A DNA stretch of 64,000 nucleotides from Octopus sinensis (GCF_006345805.1 NC_043007.1:43152001-43216000); one strand, 5' to 3'. Numbered from the stretch's first letter, positions 1 to 12,454 are shown. Made by a program: numbers and translations. Notes: generated by a model from the letters alone, not told the origin.

Positions 1-436
1 GCATGTCACATAAGATCAAAAGCTTTCCAGAAACAATCATTTGATCATATTTTCTTTTCTCAGATATAGTACAGTGTCTAGGACGATATTACCCAATATG
101 TTTATTTATTTTAAGACAATAACGTTTGATTTGAGGGAAATTTAGTTGCTTTTCTAAGAAGGCCAAGCAACTGTATAAAGGCTGTCACACTTGTTTGAGC
201 ATACAGAAGACAGAGAAATTATAAGTCTAAGATATATACCAGATGTGTAGTGTGAAGCTAAGAGGTTGTATAATAATAAGAATAGGTAGTATGAATGTGA
301 AATAAAAACTGTGTAACACCATATGTGTGATCCTCACTCTTAAGTGGAGGATTTAATTCAGATAAAAACTTATATAATTTAAAAGTTCTATTATAATTCC
401 ATTTGTAGGGATATATTATAGGAATACTAAATTGAC

Positions 437-535
437 TGAAGTAATGCATTGGTATTTTACCTACCCTGGAAGAATGAAAGGCAAAGTTGACCACAGCAGG
501 GTTTGAACTCAGAATTTAAGAGTCATAACTTTAGG
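437..535 (-). mobile_element. tRNA-derived SINE fragment, family M
   Basis: Reverse complement matches the B-box (GAGTTCAAA) and CTTTGCCTTTCAT-type core of the full copy at 8009-8221. Confidence 0.7.
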
Positions 536-1612
536 CAATTTGTCCAATACTGTAATTATTCTTCAAATCTACCACATTAACTAAAGAAATACTATGAGTT
601 TATTGACTTGATTAAATTTTTTTTATGAAATTACTGTTTTGGTTATCACATGATTATTTTTAGGCAAGTAATGAAATATGGTCAAAGGTATCAAGTATGA
701 AAAGACCATGACTATATTAATTGTTCTTTATCTCCTAGTTAGCTCTGATTGAGTAGACCTACTATCTCATCTTTATGTATAACAGGGATTTCATTGTTTT
801 AATGTTTCATTCCTTTTCTTCAAAATTGGTACGGTATGATTTTGAGGGATTTGGCTACTATTTCTAGTGCATCAAGTGATCATGTACAAATTTCCTTAAC
901 TCAGTGTGTGTGTGTGTGTATTTATGCAAGTGTGTATATTTGTGGCTCATGTGTGAGCACACATGCACATGCAATTTCTTTCATCTCTTAAGTTAACTAT
1001 ATATGAAATGGAAATAAGGCTCACAAAATAAATAAATGAATAAATAAACTTCGCTGACTCACTTCAGCAATCAAAAAGCACTTAAGTAAAAATAAGTAAA
1101 AATTAAAGGTATTTAACATTTCTGTTAGATGTGTGGCTGCAGTAGCTATTATTGTTCCAATGATGGTAATGGTGGCAGTGGCAGCAGTGGTGGTGGCAGT
1201 AGAGGTGATGATGATGATCTATATTTCAGCCCTTCTTTTTTAACTTCCTTCCTAACACCATTACAACCACAAAAATACAAAACAACTTATGAATAAGTGA
1301 AATAACTATGAGAGGCTAATCAAAACAATTTTATAGATTTAAATGCATAAGGTTGTCAGATGATTTGCAACTCCTTGCTCTATAATTTAGTAGATATTCT
1401 CATTATGTCTCTGTTGGCTAATTTCACATCTTCTAAATAATTTTTTCCCTTTTATTCCCTTACTGGTTTCAGTCACTGGACAGTGGGTATGCTGAGGTAC
1501 TACCTTAAAAGATTATCACACAGATCCTAGCACTTATTTCAACTTATTTTACTTTATCGATCTCTAATTAGCAATTGTGAAATTAACTTTTGTTATAAAG
1601 GGTGACAACGCA

Positions 1613-1643
<31 letters not shown>

Positions 1644-1667
1644 TGACAGTGATCTTTTACTCAGCTT

Positions 1668-2043
1668 CTCTTTTACTCTTTTACTTGTTTCAGTCATTTG
1701 ACTGTGGCCATGCTGGAGCACCGCCTTTAGTCGAGCAAATCGACCCCATAACTTATTCTTTGTAAGCCTAGTACTTATTCTATCGGTCTCTTAAGCCGAA
1801 CTGCTAAGTTACAGGACGTAAACACACCACCATCGGTTGTCAAGCAATGTTGGGGGGGACAAACACAGACACACAAACATATACATACACATACATATAT
1901 ATACATATATACGACGGGCTTCTTTCAGTTTCTGTCTACCAAATCCACTCACAAGGCTTGCCCAAGGTGCTACGCAGTGGGAATGAACCTGGAACCATGT
2001 GGTTGGTAAGCAAGTAACATATCATACAGCCACTCTTGCACCT
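1668..2043 (-). mobile_element. tRNA-derived SINE (octopus OR-like, CORE-like domain), near full length
   Basis: Reverse complement aligns with the copy at 48329-48730: head, internal microsatellite and (AAGAGT)n tail. About 33 bp is deleted at 1960 between CTT microhomologies. Confidence 0.85.
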
Positions 2044-2689
2044 AACAAATTTCAATCTTAAAATATTGGCAACTCGAAGCTCCTTTAGAAAACACTTGCT
2101 CAAAATTTCACAGAGCGAGTGAACCTGGAACTATGTAGTTAGTTGCAAAGCAAACTCCTTTACACAATATGCCTACACTTATTTTGTGTTCCTCTACTCT
2201 CTTCTCCTCCAGTCATATTTCCTTTATATTAAGTCAAACTGCTACTACTCAAGGATTGTCGAGGAATTTCTGACATATTTACACCTGCTCCCTACATGAA
2301 GTGCTTTAAACAGTAACAGCTTTTTTTAACATTACTTTTTAATTTTTTTCCACTCACTTCCATTCTAAATAACCTCTCTAACAAACAAAATACACCTGCT
2401 TTATGATTTATGCATCTCTAATCCCGCCTTTTTTTTATATATATTTTTTGTTCCTCCCTTATTCTTTCACATTTTCTTCGTAATACATGAATGTTCACAT
2501 TCCCCCTCCCTTGTCATACATTTTCTCTCTCATTCTGTCTCATTCATATTTCAGCATTGTTTCCTCTTCTTTCTCTCACTATTTTTTTTTCTATCTTCAT
2601 TTCAGTGTATTCATTATCTTCTCTCTTTCTCACACATAATTCATCTCCTTTCCTTTTTTGATTTATGATTCTCTTATGTATGATAAGGA

Positions 2690-2800
2690 GTAGAACAATA
2701 TGGCAAGATACCTTCATATATGAGGAGCTTCAACGCAAAACGGGAATTGGTTGAAGTGAGAATTCATTGCTATGGTATATTGGCAGTAAGAACCTCAACT
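2690..2800 (+). pseudogene. Very old LINE ORF2 C-terminal remnant (RTE-like)
   Basis: Frameshifted translation IWQDTFIYEELQRKTGI / LVEVRIHC resembles the post-RT W.D...NEEL..TGI region of RTE-like LINEs. Confidence 0.3.
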
Positions 2801-2883
2801 CTATTAAAACTTGTATCACAGTTACAGTAAAAAAAACTTTGGAAATATTCCTCCTAAAACTGACAATAAATAAGCATAATAGG

Positions 2884-3029
2884 CACTAGCGTAGCTAGTG
2901 AGAGGGGGGGTGTCTGCCCCAGCAGCACCACTTTTGGATCTGCTGTAGACAACATGTGTTTTTTGTGGGAACCAGGGGCAGAAACTGGAAGAGCCACCCT
3001 AGACAGCACACACTCTAGCTACGCTAGTG
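2884..3029. mobile_element. 146-bp hAT-type MITE
   Basis: Perfect 15-bp TIR CACTAGCGTAGCTAG (2884-2898, 3015-3029); 8-bp TSD ATAATAGG / ATAACAGG. Confidence 0.85.
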
Positions 3030-3714
3030 ATAACAGGTCTCCGCCAGGTAATGTAATTAAGATAAATGAACCTAAAGTTTAGTATTGACATAGGGGCGAT
3101 CTGGTTAAGGCTGTGTATTGAGTTCACTAGCATTATAACCTGTTAAAGGTACATTAACATTACTTGTCTTACTTCAATCTTTTTCATTTGTTTCACTCCC
3201 AAGTTACCAATCACTACAGGTGTCCCACCTCCCATCTCTCTCCTGCTCTTCCTCCACTCTTCACCTAGCAACAGTTTATTTATTCACTTTTTTTTAATAT
3301 GTAAGGTATTCAGTCTGAAGCATGTATAGCTGTTTCAGTAAATACTCCATTACAAAATATAATGTATATTTAAGAAAACTGAGTCTAAAATTTTTCCCAA
3401 CATCACCAGTTCTTAGCATCAGGATTCCCATCTATCAACATGATAGAAGCTAAGAAGGTTGTCATATTCTGCCACAGAATGATAATGCTTTTTAAATCTT
3501 GTCTGAGTTTAAAATTCCCCTATCTCCCATAACTTACAGATTATTGAGACACAGCAACAGGTGACTACACAATGTTTCTCTATATGCACTTTGATCATTA
3601 TTTTCTTCAGTGTTTTCACTATTATCCAGAATTACATTTGGTCACTCAACCTATTAGAAATAGCAACCAAATGTCTCACATATCACACCCAATCATCTTG
3701 GGTGGGTGGGATAA

Positions 3715-3990
3715 AAGATAGGATTGTCACAGGATGTCTTTGATCATAGATCTACTCAATCAAAGCTGACATTGTGCTAAACAACAACATTGATCATAAG
3801 CCAATAAAGAAGCTGGTATGTAGCCACTCAACCTAACAAAAATAGCAGTTAAGTTTCCTTCAAATATCATGCTACAAAAAGAATATGTAGTCTTTAGTAC
3901 AATACATTAAAAAACAAACCAAAGTAGTCACAGATGGAATTATAGGTCTACTTGATCAGGGTTGACTTAGGACTAAATAACTGCACCAAC
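3715..3990 (+). repeat. Two adjacent copies of unclassified dispersed repeat family B
   Basis: Both match a CTTTGATCATAGGTCT...GGGCTGAC...CTAAACAAC-like motif that recurs near 13040, 20190, 26740, 32100, 49640 and 51230. Confidence 0.6.
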
Positions 3991-4137
3991 AAGTCTGATC
4001 TAATATGATAAAATCATTATTTGAAGTCATTAATTATGGTTTGGGTGTGCCTAAGACACATTCAAATAGGTGGAGTTCATCTTTCTAAACTAACACACAC
4101 ACACCGGACATAGTTATACAGTGCTCATAGATATTTG

Positions 4138-4197
<60 letters not shown>

Positions 4198-4200
<3 letters not shown>

Positions 4201-5395
4201 GGTGTGGACAGTATGTGTTCACAATTTTCAACTGCTTATTTTACACTTTTTTTTTACTTTGATTTTTTTTTCTTAAAGACATTAACCATTTTTGCTTTAT
4301 TTTTTGCAAGATAATTGACTACTGAAAATAGTCAGTAGAAGGACGGTGGAAAAGGTCAGAAAGGAACTGGAAGATTCAGGATTCAACTATGAGGTGACAG
4401 CAGAGATGGAAACCCACGATCAATAGATAATATGACACCATCAGAAAGCCAGAATTCATCAATCAAATCCAGACCATCAACAATGATCCCAGCAAATCAA
4501 GGCATACAATTGTAAGAGATAAAGGTGTGGATGAAAAGCTTATCATACTGGTGGTGCAGAGGACATTCACTACTTTTCGTACAAGATGAAACAGGGACAA
4601 TTTCTGTCCAAAACAATGCAAGAAAAGTGACTCAAATACACCAAGAAGCTAATCAACAAACTGAAACCCCCACTGGAGCCAGACATGCTGTGTTTCTTCT
4701 CTGAAGAGAAGACTTTCTGCCAAGACCAGAAGATCGACTCCCAGAACAACAGGTGGCTTGCTGTCACACCCAAGGACATGCCCAGAGTCATGCAGACGAA
4801 ATTTCCGGCAACAATCATGGTCTTTGGTGTCATCAGTAGAGAAAGTGAAATCATAATACCCCACTTCTTTCCTGAGATCCTCAAGCTGAACATTGGCAGT
4901 TACATCCAAGTGAGGTGGTGAAGCCCTGGATCAACCTATTAGCTGCAAGGAGGCCATATGTGTGCCAGCATCACTCTGTGCCACGCCATGCCAGAAGACT
5001 TAGGATTGGCTGTCAGAGAACTTCTTTGCTCACACATCACCTGACATTTGATCTCCCAACTTGCTTAACTGCAATCCCCTCAACTTCTTTGTGTGGGGTG
5101 TGGTGGGACAAGAGATAAACAAAGCCACAGCAACATAAAGGATGAGCTAAGGGCCAGGATTACCAGAGCCTTCAGGGGCCTAAAACAGGAGATAGTGATG
5201 AAGGCCTATGGTCAGTGCCGAGGTCACCTGGAGGCTGTCATCGAAGCCACAGGCAGGTTCATTAGGTGAGATCAACAGAACACGTCATGAAGACAAACTT
5301 ACCCAAATTTCATAAATATATCTAAAAAAATAAAAACACTGTCTCATTTCTTTCCTGAGACAATCATTATGTGAACAAATACTGTCCACACCCTG
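4198..5395 (+). mobile_element. Tc1/mariner element, DD37D (maT)-like, full length but decayed
   Basis: 26-bp TIRs CAGGGTGTGGACAGTAT(G/T)TGTTCACA at 4198-4223 and 5370-5395 (25/26 identical) enclosing transposase remnants. Confidence 0.9.
4325..5270 (+). pseudogene. Transposase pseudogene (DD37D-like)
   Basis: Fragments CFFSEEKTFCQDQK..QNNRWLA, VMQTKFPATIMVFGVIS, VVKPWI..RPYV; stops, frameshifts and mutated catalytic positions. Confidence 0.85.
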
Positions 5396-5440
5396 CATAT
5401 GTGTGTATATATCTATATCTATATGTATATGTGTATGTAT

Positions 5441-5471
<31 letters not shown>

Positions 5472-5709
5472 GAATAAGGACAAGATTGCTAATTTAAATT
5501 AAATAACAATCTTATCAAGTGGCCAGCATGAAAATAAAAACCTTCAAAGGTAATAATTATTATTAAAATTATAATTTAGGGTATCTAAGAGAAACCATCA
5601 TGCTGGAAATAGCAGCCAAGATCTGGCTCTAAAACCACATTAAATGCCCATACAGCACAAGGAGAGAAGACAAGAAGACAAAATAAAACAAGTAAAAAAT
5701 TACTGGATA

Positions 5710-5768
5710 ATTCCAGATCCCGGATTTCTGGCTTTGCATTTAGAAATGCTTTGCCTCATCAGTGGAAT
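5710..5768 (-). ncRNA. Type-I hammerhead ribozyme motif
   Basis: AUUCCA CUGAUGA GGC..GCC A GAAA UCCGGGA UC UGGAAU; 6-bp stem I, intact core, AUC triplet. Confidence 0.75.
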
Positions 5769-7587
5769 ATACGCAGAGAGTAACATAAATGCGTATATAT
5801 ATATACATACAACATACGAATACTTACATATACAAACGTATACATACATATATATATGCACGTATGTATACAACTATATATATATATATAATTAGAAATC
5901 CCGGCATCCAAGTATGTATATCAATATTTTATCCACTAAGAAATCTCATTTTTATATCAAGAGCATATTGCTATTGACACAATCTCTATACCCACCATCA
6001 TAACTTGATATCCTGCAAATTATCCTGACTCTAGCTAAGAGACTCAAAATATTTTATTATTCACTCATGAGAAACCTTCAAACTAGTTGGAAGCAAAAAC
6101 AACATATTATTTTTCTTTTCTGAGTAATATTTCAATATGCATTATTCCAAAATCACAGTTAAAGCAAGGACACTCTGTTGTAAATAAACGGTAGGTGTAC
6201 ATGTTTAAAATGCAAAACCTTCACTTTGACAGCTCAAAGAATAATTGGAAGGCATAAAACATACAACAGAAAGAAAATTTATATAAATGACTGCTAACGA
6301 TATGCAATGATGTTTCTCTAGATCACTAGCTAGAAATTCTCAGTGATTGTCAAAAAGTAGTTAAAAGTCAAGACAATAATCAAACACTGAAAGCAAAAGA
6401 GTAACAATTATAAACTACATCTCATTCAGTTGACATCCATGAGTTATGATATCAACTAAATGTCAGATTCTGAAATTAGTTCTGAAGGAAATAGCTTTGT
6501 TGCATCCACTAGAATGGCAAGTGATTAATCACTGACTATTTGGAAAGAAAATTAAGAAACAATAAAAATAAAACAAACAGAAGCATGGCTTAAAACAAAC
6601 TCTGAAACCTCAAACAATTTTTGCACTCCCCAAACCACCATTAACTCCCTACATACCTATGCAGCTCCTATATAAACACATCCCAAAATACTTGCCTCTG
6701 CAAAATAATTTTATCATTAAAAAATTACCCCCTCCCTTCCATAAATCCAAACACTAAAACTAATCTTTTTTTCTAAGCTACCACCTTACTCCTCAAACAT
6801 TCCTTTCCTAGCAACTATCTAATACTAAAAAGGAGTTACTCACACACAAAACAACCACATTATTTGTAAAACAAGTCCCTCTACAAGCAGAATACCTTCT
6901 CTGCACTGTTAAACTGCCTCTCCATATACCTCTAGTATAACTTCATATCCAAAACAATGTACCCACATGCAAAAGCATGTTTCTCAAAACACCACCCTTG
7001 CCATTATCTTCTCCACCACCACTATAAACAACTTTCTGACCTGAAGTAATTAATTTCTTTCCACACAAAACACACTACAACAAACACCATGTACAAAACA
7101 GCAAACATACCCCAACATAACTTTCCTCATACACACAACCAGACATTCTACACTAAAATCAAATTCATACTCAAACATGCCGGCAATAACAATGAAAACA
7201 AACAGAAAACACATACAAAAATAGCAACCGATTGCACAATATCAACAGCCTTCAGACAATACAAACACTCCAGACATAAACATTGCAAACTCCACCAACA
7301 ACAAATGCCATATACACATCAAACATTCAGTGCACACATCAATTACTCATAAAATGAGTAAATATTTATTGTTATTGTGGTTTTCATTCTCTGTTTTTGC
7401 CTTTAGAAAATGAAATTTATGATACTTAATGACAGAGGAGAGTAAAAATGCTTAAACAGGAAAATTAAGGCATGGTAGAAAGGGTGGGGCAGTTATATTG
7501 AATTAAGTGAATTGTAAGTATAAAAATAGAGAATATGTACATATATATATATTACAAATATATACACACACACACATACATATATTA

Positions 7588-7763
7588 CGAGGGGGTGCTG
7601 AAAGTTCCTGGCTTTAAGGCCCAACCTTCTGAGTTCTTTTACAGGGCTTAGAAAAACTGAAGTATGTGAATCTGAGAGGGGAATATGCTGCATAAAATTA
7701 TAATCAATTGATCCTCCTGTATTTTCTTTTACGTAAAGCCAGGAACTTTTCAGCACCCCCTCA
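7588..7763 (+). mobile_element. Mariner-derived MITE (internal deletion derivative)
   Basis: About 30-bp TIRs CGAGGGGGTGCTGAAA(A)GTTCCTGGCTTTA with TA TSDs; interior retains a mariner-like C-terminus (KYVNLRGEY). Confidence 0.85.
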
Positions 7764-7785
7764 TATACATATACATACATATATA

Positions 7786-7835
<50 letters not shown>

Positions 7836-8008
7836 GTATGCATATATTTTATTTATTACACTATATATATAATATCATATATATTATACATACTTTATTT
7901 TATATATATGCATGTGTGTATCTATATGCATCAATGAATAGACAGATATATATATATATAATAGCTAATATAATAGTTGGTTGGTAAATTTCTCTAGTTT
8001 ATATTGTA

Positions 8009-8221
8009 AAGCAGTGAGCTAGCAGAAATGTTAGCATGCCGGTTGAAATACCTAGCAGTATTTCATTCGTCTTCACGTTCTGAGTTCAAATTCTGCCAAG
8101 GCTGACTTTGCCTTTCATCCTTTCGGGGTCGATAAATTAAGAACCTGTTACGTACTGGGGTTGATCTAATTGACTGGCCCCCTTCCCCAAAATTTCTGGC
8201 CTTGTGCCGAGAGTTGAAGAG
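8009..8221 (+). mobile_element. Full-length tRNA-derived SINE, family M (possibly Meta/MESC-type core)
   Basis: A- and B-box-like head; core CTTTGCCTTTCATCCTTTCGGGGTCGATAAATTAAG; perfect 23-bp TSD at 7986-8008 and 8222-8244. Confidence 0.85.
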
Positions 8222-8683
8222 AAATTTCTCTAGTTTATATTGTATAGAGATTGCAAGAGAATGAGAGTAAAAGAGAGACACTGAGTTAACATAAGAAGTG
8301 TAGGATATGTATGCATACTAGGCTTGATGGCAGACAATGAGTAAAGGAATGCTACAGAAGTGTAAGTTAAAGAATCGTAGAAGTTGAAGAATCAGAGAAA
8401 GAGAATGAGAGAGAAAGAGAGAGAGAGAGAGGAGAAGGAAGAGGTTAGGGAGTAAATGACAGGATAGTTATGAGAAGAGTTATACAAATAAGAAATTTGC
8501 CTTATTAAATTATATTTTAAGGTAATAATTATTTTTCTTTTGCAGGAGTTAGATGGTAAATGTTTTTATTTTTCATTCCCTTCAAAATTTTATCCCTAAT
8601 AGTGGTTTGGAATTTTAACTGTTCTCTCTAGCATGCAAGGAGTCCTAATGATGGATGCCTCTTATGTGTTTAAATGTACGATG

Positions 8684-8729
<46 letters not shown>

Positions 8730-8794
8730 CCAGAGTAAGAACATAAATGTGAAATGAGGTGGAAAAAATAGTACTCAAATACCAGAGTAATATG

Positions 8795-8928
8795 CTTTAT
8801 TAATGAAGCCGCAAAGACTTCACAAAAAACTGTTACTCAGAGTTTCACGTTCCCATTTGTCAGATGAATGGGAAAATGAAACCCTGAGTAACAGTTTTTG
8901 TAATGTCTTTGCAGCCTTATTAATAAAG
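8795..8928. repeat. Fold-back of a PLE terminal repeat carrying two decayed HHR halves
   Basis: Arms 8795-8861 and 8863-8928, about 85% identical. Each reads C(U/A)GAN(A/G)A-AUG-GGAA-NNU-GAAAC(U/C)CUGAG-UA-ACAG; homologous to 33232-33283. Confidence 0.8.
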
Positions 8929-9036
8929 TGTGTGTGTGTGTGTGTGTAGAAGGTTGAAAAGTAACACATGAGTTGATATGTATAAAGAAAATAGGACAAG
9001 GTAGAAAATACTAAAATAATTTTATCATGAAGAACA

Positions 9037-9080
9037 TTTCAATACCGGTTTCAGTCTTTGTGGCTTTTTCAAGCGTGAAA
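9037..9080 (-). ncRNA. HHR motif with U3-A8 core in the PLE terminal repeat, partly decayed
   Basis: UUGAAAA AGCC ACAAA GACU GAAA CCGG UA; palindromic stem III, damaged stem I. Confidence 0.55.
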
Positions 9081-9484
9081 TACAATTAAATTGTGGAAAA
9101 ATGAATTGAAATGTTTTTTGAAATATTTTCATAGTTCTCAAATAGGTGGGACATTTTCCTTTTTTCTGTCTCTGTCTTTTACTTTTGTGAAGGCTTGGTA
9201 GGTAGGTAGTAGAAGATCTGAAGACATATTTAATATGAGGGATGTTGGTTCTGGATTTTGATTGTTTAAACAGCAGTATCAAAGGAGGAGGAGGAAGAAG
9301 ACAAAGAAGAAGAAGAAGATGGAAGTAGTATGACAGTAGTAGACTGTTGGTACAGTCTTCTTAAATGGTCAAGTAACTTAAAAGTGACCTGTTGTGGTTA
9401 TAGCTGTAGTGATTGGAATTGTTCTGAATAAATTCATGGGTAGTGACTGTTCTGAATATATCCTTTTTAATATTTGCACTGGTA

Positions 9485-11009
9485 TTATTCTAAGGCCCTT
9501 GTAGCAGTGTCATCTGTGGTGGAAGCATTCAAAAGGGGTATATATTTTGCAATAAAATATGACTCTTGGCTAATGCACTGATTATAGGTTGCATCGTCCC
9601 TGAATTTATAGAGAGGAAAAATTCTGAAGTTGGGTTGTTTGTTAGTGGCGCAAATGTCAATGTGTTCACTAAATGTTATTTTTCTGTATTCCCGGATTTT
9701 AATCTGGGATCTATGTAGAGTCATCCTCTGGCATAGACTGTTTTTAGTTTGGCCTATGCATTGCTCTCAACACCTTGAGCAACACATATATTAGGTTTTC
9801 CGAAGCACATGTGAAGTTGTTTTTCACTGTAAGACATTGGCCTTATTTAAAGGAGAACTCCAATCCCTCAATTAGACTGATGCATATACCACAGTTAGGT
9901 CTTCCACATTTTTTACCGACGGTTTGTTGAGTTGTAGGGCATGTTGAAAGCCTATATCAATTAGTGATGGTGGGTAGTTCCTGGTGATGAGTGTATCCTT
10001 TATTTCATGTATTTGTGTGTCCCTAGTGCTTGTATTAGAAACTACAGCACAAATCCTTTTTTGCCAGGTTGAAGAGGATATTTATTCTAGTGTGTCTGGG
10101 GTGGCATGAGTTGAACGGTAGATACTGCTTGGAGTCCATGGCTTATAGTATATGTATGTTTCTTTTTTTTTTTGATTCCTTAATGAGGATGTCAAGGAAT
10201 GGAAGTTGATGGCTATATTCCATCATAAATTGAATGTTTACGTCAAATCCATTTAGAAGTGCTTGAAATTCTCTAAGTCTCTCTATATTTTCATGCCAAA
10301 GAATGAAGCAGCCGTCCAGATTCCGTTTCCAGTTATTTTCTATGTGGAGGGAGAATGGGTTGCTGAATTTTTCTAGTACCTTACGATAAAGACTGATTTC
10401 TAGATATCCCATGACTAGGTAAGCAAAGGAGGGGGGGGCTATTCTCGTACCCATCGCAGTCCCCAATTTTTGTCAATAGAAGTAGCCTTTGAAGATGAAG
10501 TTATTCACCAAGATGAATTTTATTCCTTCTATTACAAATTCTTTTTTGATGCAGCATAGGAGTTCATTGGAGTAATTATCTAGTCCGAATTGGATTACCT
10601 CTATTCCTAGGTTTCCCCAATTTTTGTCAATAGAAGTAGTCTTTGAAGATGAAGAAGTTATTCTCCAAGATGAATTTTATCCCTTTTATTACAAATTCTT
10701 TTTTGATGCAGTGTGGGAGTTCATTGGAGTAATTATCTAGTCTAAATTGGATTACCTCTATTAGGGTATTACCTCTGTAGGGATATTAGAAAAGAGGTTG
10801 ACTACATCGAAGGATACTAGTAGGGTGTTTTTATTTATTGTTTCAGGAAGCATATCTAGGTTGTCCCTTATGTAGCTTTTGCTGTGCTTGAGGAATGGTT
10901 TTAAGAGGGTATCTAAAAAGTTACTGTGGTGGTGGGTTTCGCATGCAGGACCTGCTATTATAGGTCTTAATTTTAAATATATGGATTCAACTAATCCAGT
11001 GGTGTTCAT
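9485..11009 (-). pseudogene. PLE reverse transcriptase plus GIY-YIG endonuclease pseudogene
   Basis: LRPIIAGP, LVSFDVVNLFSNIP, GTAMGT, WKRNLDGCF (decayed YxDD), GRPNCGIC linker, CASENLIYV...CIGQT, RMTLHRSQI...ESYFIAKYIPLLN. Confidence 0.85.
10460..10762. repeat. Tandem duplication (period 154 bp) inside the PLE RT
   Basis: 10460-10605 and 10614-10762 differ by about 9 substitutions and a 3-bp indel. Confidence 0.9.
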
Positions 11010-11499
11010 AAAAAAAAGCTCCTTAATGTATTATTCTACAAAACACATAGAATATACAGTACAATACAAAAGAAAAACATAAGAAGTCTATAAAACTATA
11101 AATAAAGAGAAAAATATACTATGATAAAATTTATTTTACCATTAGATATTTTTATCTAATAACAATTGTTTCACAGCTTAATAAACATGTATAAATAATT
11201 TATTTTATTATATTTCACAATAAATAATAAATTACATACAAGTGTTTTTAATATATATATAAAAATATCATGCTGAGATATTATTTTAAACATGGAATTC
11301 TTTTAACCTGATGAACAAGCTAAATATATGCATTAATTTAAAAATTTTATATGTGTATTAATACAGGCATGTAATTAATTTATTATAAAATATAATAAAA
11401 TATATTATTTATACATGTTTATTAAGCTTTAAAACAATCGTTGTTAAATAAGAATATCCAATTGTAAGATAAATTTTATCATAGTATATTTCTCTCTTT

Positions 11500-11658
11500 A
11501 TTTATAATTCTATGTATGTATATATTATATATATATATATGTATATATATTGTATGTGTATGTGTGTATGTATATATATATATATTGTATATATATGTGT
11601 GTGTATGTGTGTATATATATTGTATATTGTATATGTATATGTGTGTATATATATATTA

Positions 11659-11690
<32 letters not shown>

Positions 11691-11735
11691 CATATATATG
11701 TGTGTGTGTGTATATTTGAATGTGTGTGTGTAAAT
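11500..11735. repeat. Compound (TA)n/(TG)n microsatellite
   Basis: Direct inspection. Confidence 0.95.
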
Positions 11736-12408
11736 TGAAAATTCTTTTAAAAGTATGTGTATCACTGAAATATTGAGAAATCAGCGAGGAGTGTCAATCT
11801 ACTTGATTGACTAATTTTGTAATGTGACTCATTTTGGTTCTCTTCAACTAACTCAGACTCATTGATGTAATAATTTCATTTTCTTTTTTCCAAAAGAAAA
11901 AAGTGAGAGGGGAAGTGAAGAGAAATGAGAGTGTAGTGGAAAGAGGAGGGGGGTCAAAAACATTACGAGGAATGATAATGTGCCCAGAAATAGAGAAAAA
12001 GGGAAAAGTAAGAAATGTTACAGAGAAAAGAAGGGATCAATGGAGAGTAGAAAAGTTGAGAGTGAATTAGAAGAAATGCAAGGAAATGAGAGGGAGAGAA
12101 AGAAAGAAGAGAGAAAATAAAATAAAAGGAATCAATGATGAAAGTGTAAGAGACAAAAGAATGTTAAATAATGAATATAAAGATAAGGAAAGCTATATAG
12201 ACAGAGAGAAAGTGAGTGAGGTGGGGAGGAAGGAAGAGGAAAAGAGATGGGGAATGTACTTCCTAATAAAAAAATTAATGGGGAGGGATAATGCTTCTTG
12301 TTTGGCAACAGACATCAGCAGTAATAATTGGATGACACAGCTTGCTTGGGACTCCAATCCCTCCCCCTGCTGTTTTCTGTAGCTCTTACACACACACACA
12401 CACACACA

Positions 12409-12454
<46 letters not shown>

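Larger units (their letters stand above)
8960..11010 (-). mobile_element. Penelope-like retroelement (Neptune-like), 5'-truncated, with 3' terminal repeat
   Basis: RT motifs, cysteine-rich linker, C-terminal GIY-YIG, and a 3' repeat with an HHR motif that recurs at 17175-17410. Confidence 0.85.

Noticed and set aside
5485-5525. Minus-strand UUGAUAA followed by an 8-bp hairpin
   Set aside because: No GAAA or stem III before the adjacent microsatellite; at best a truncated motif.
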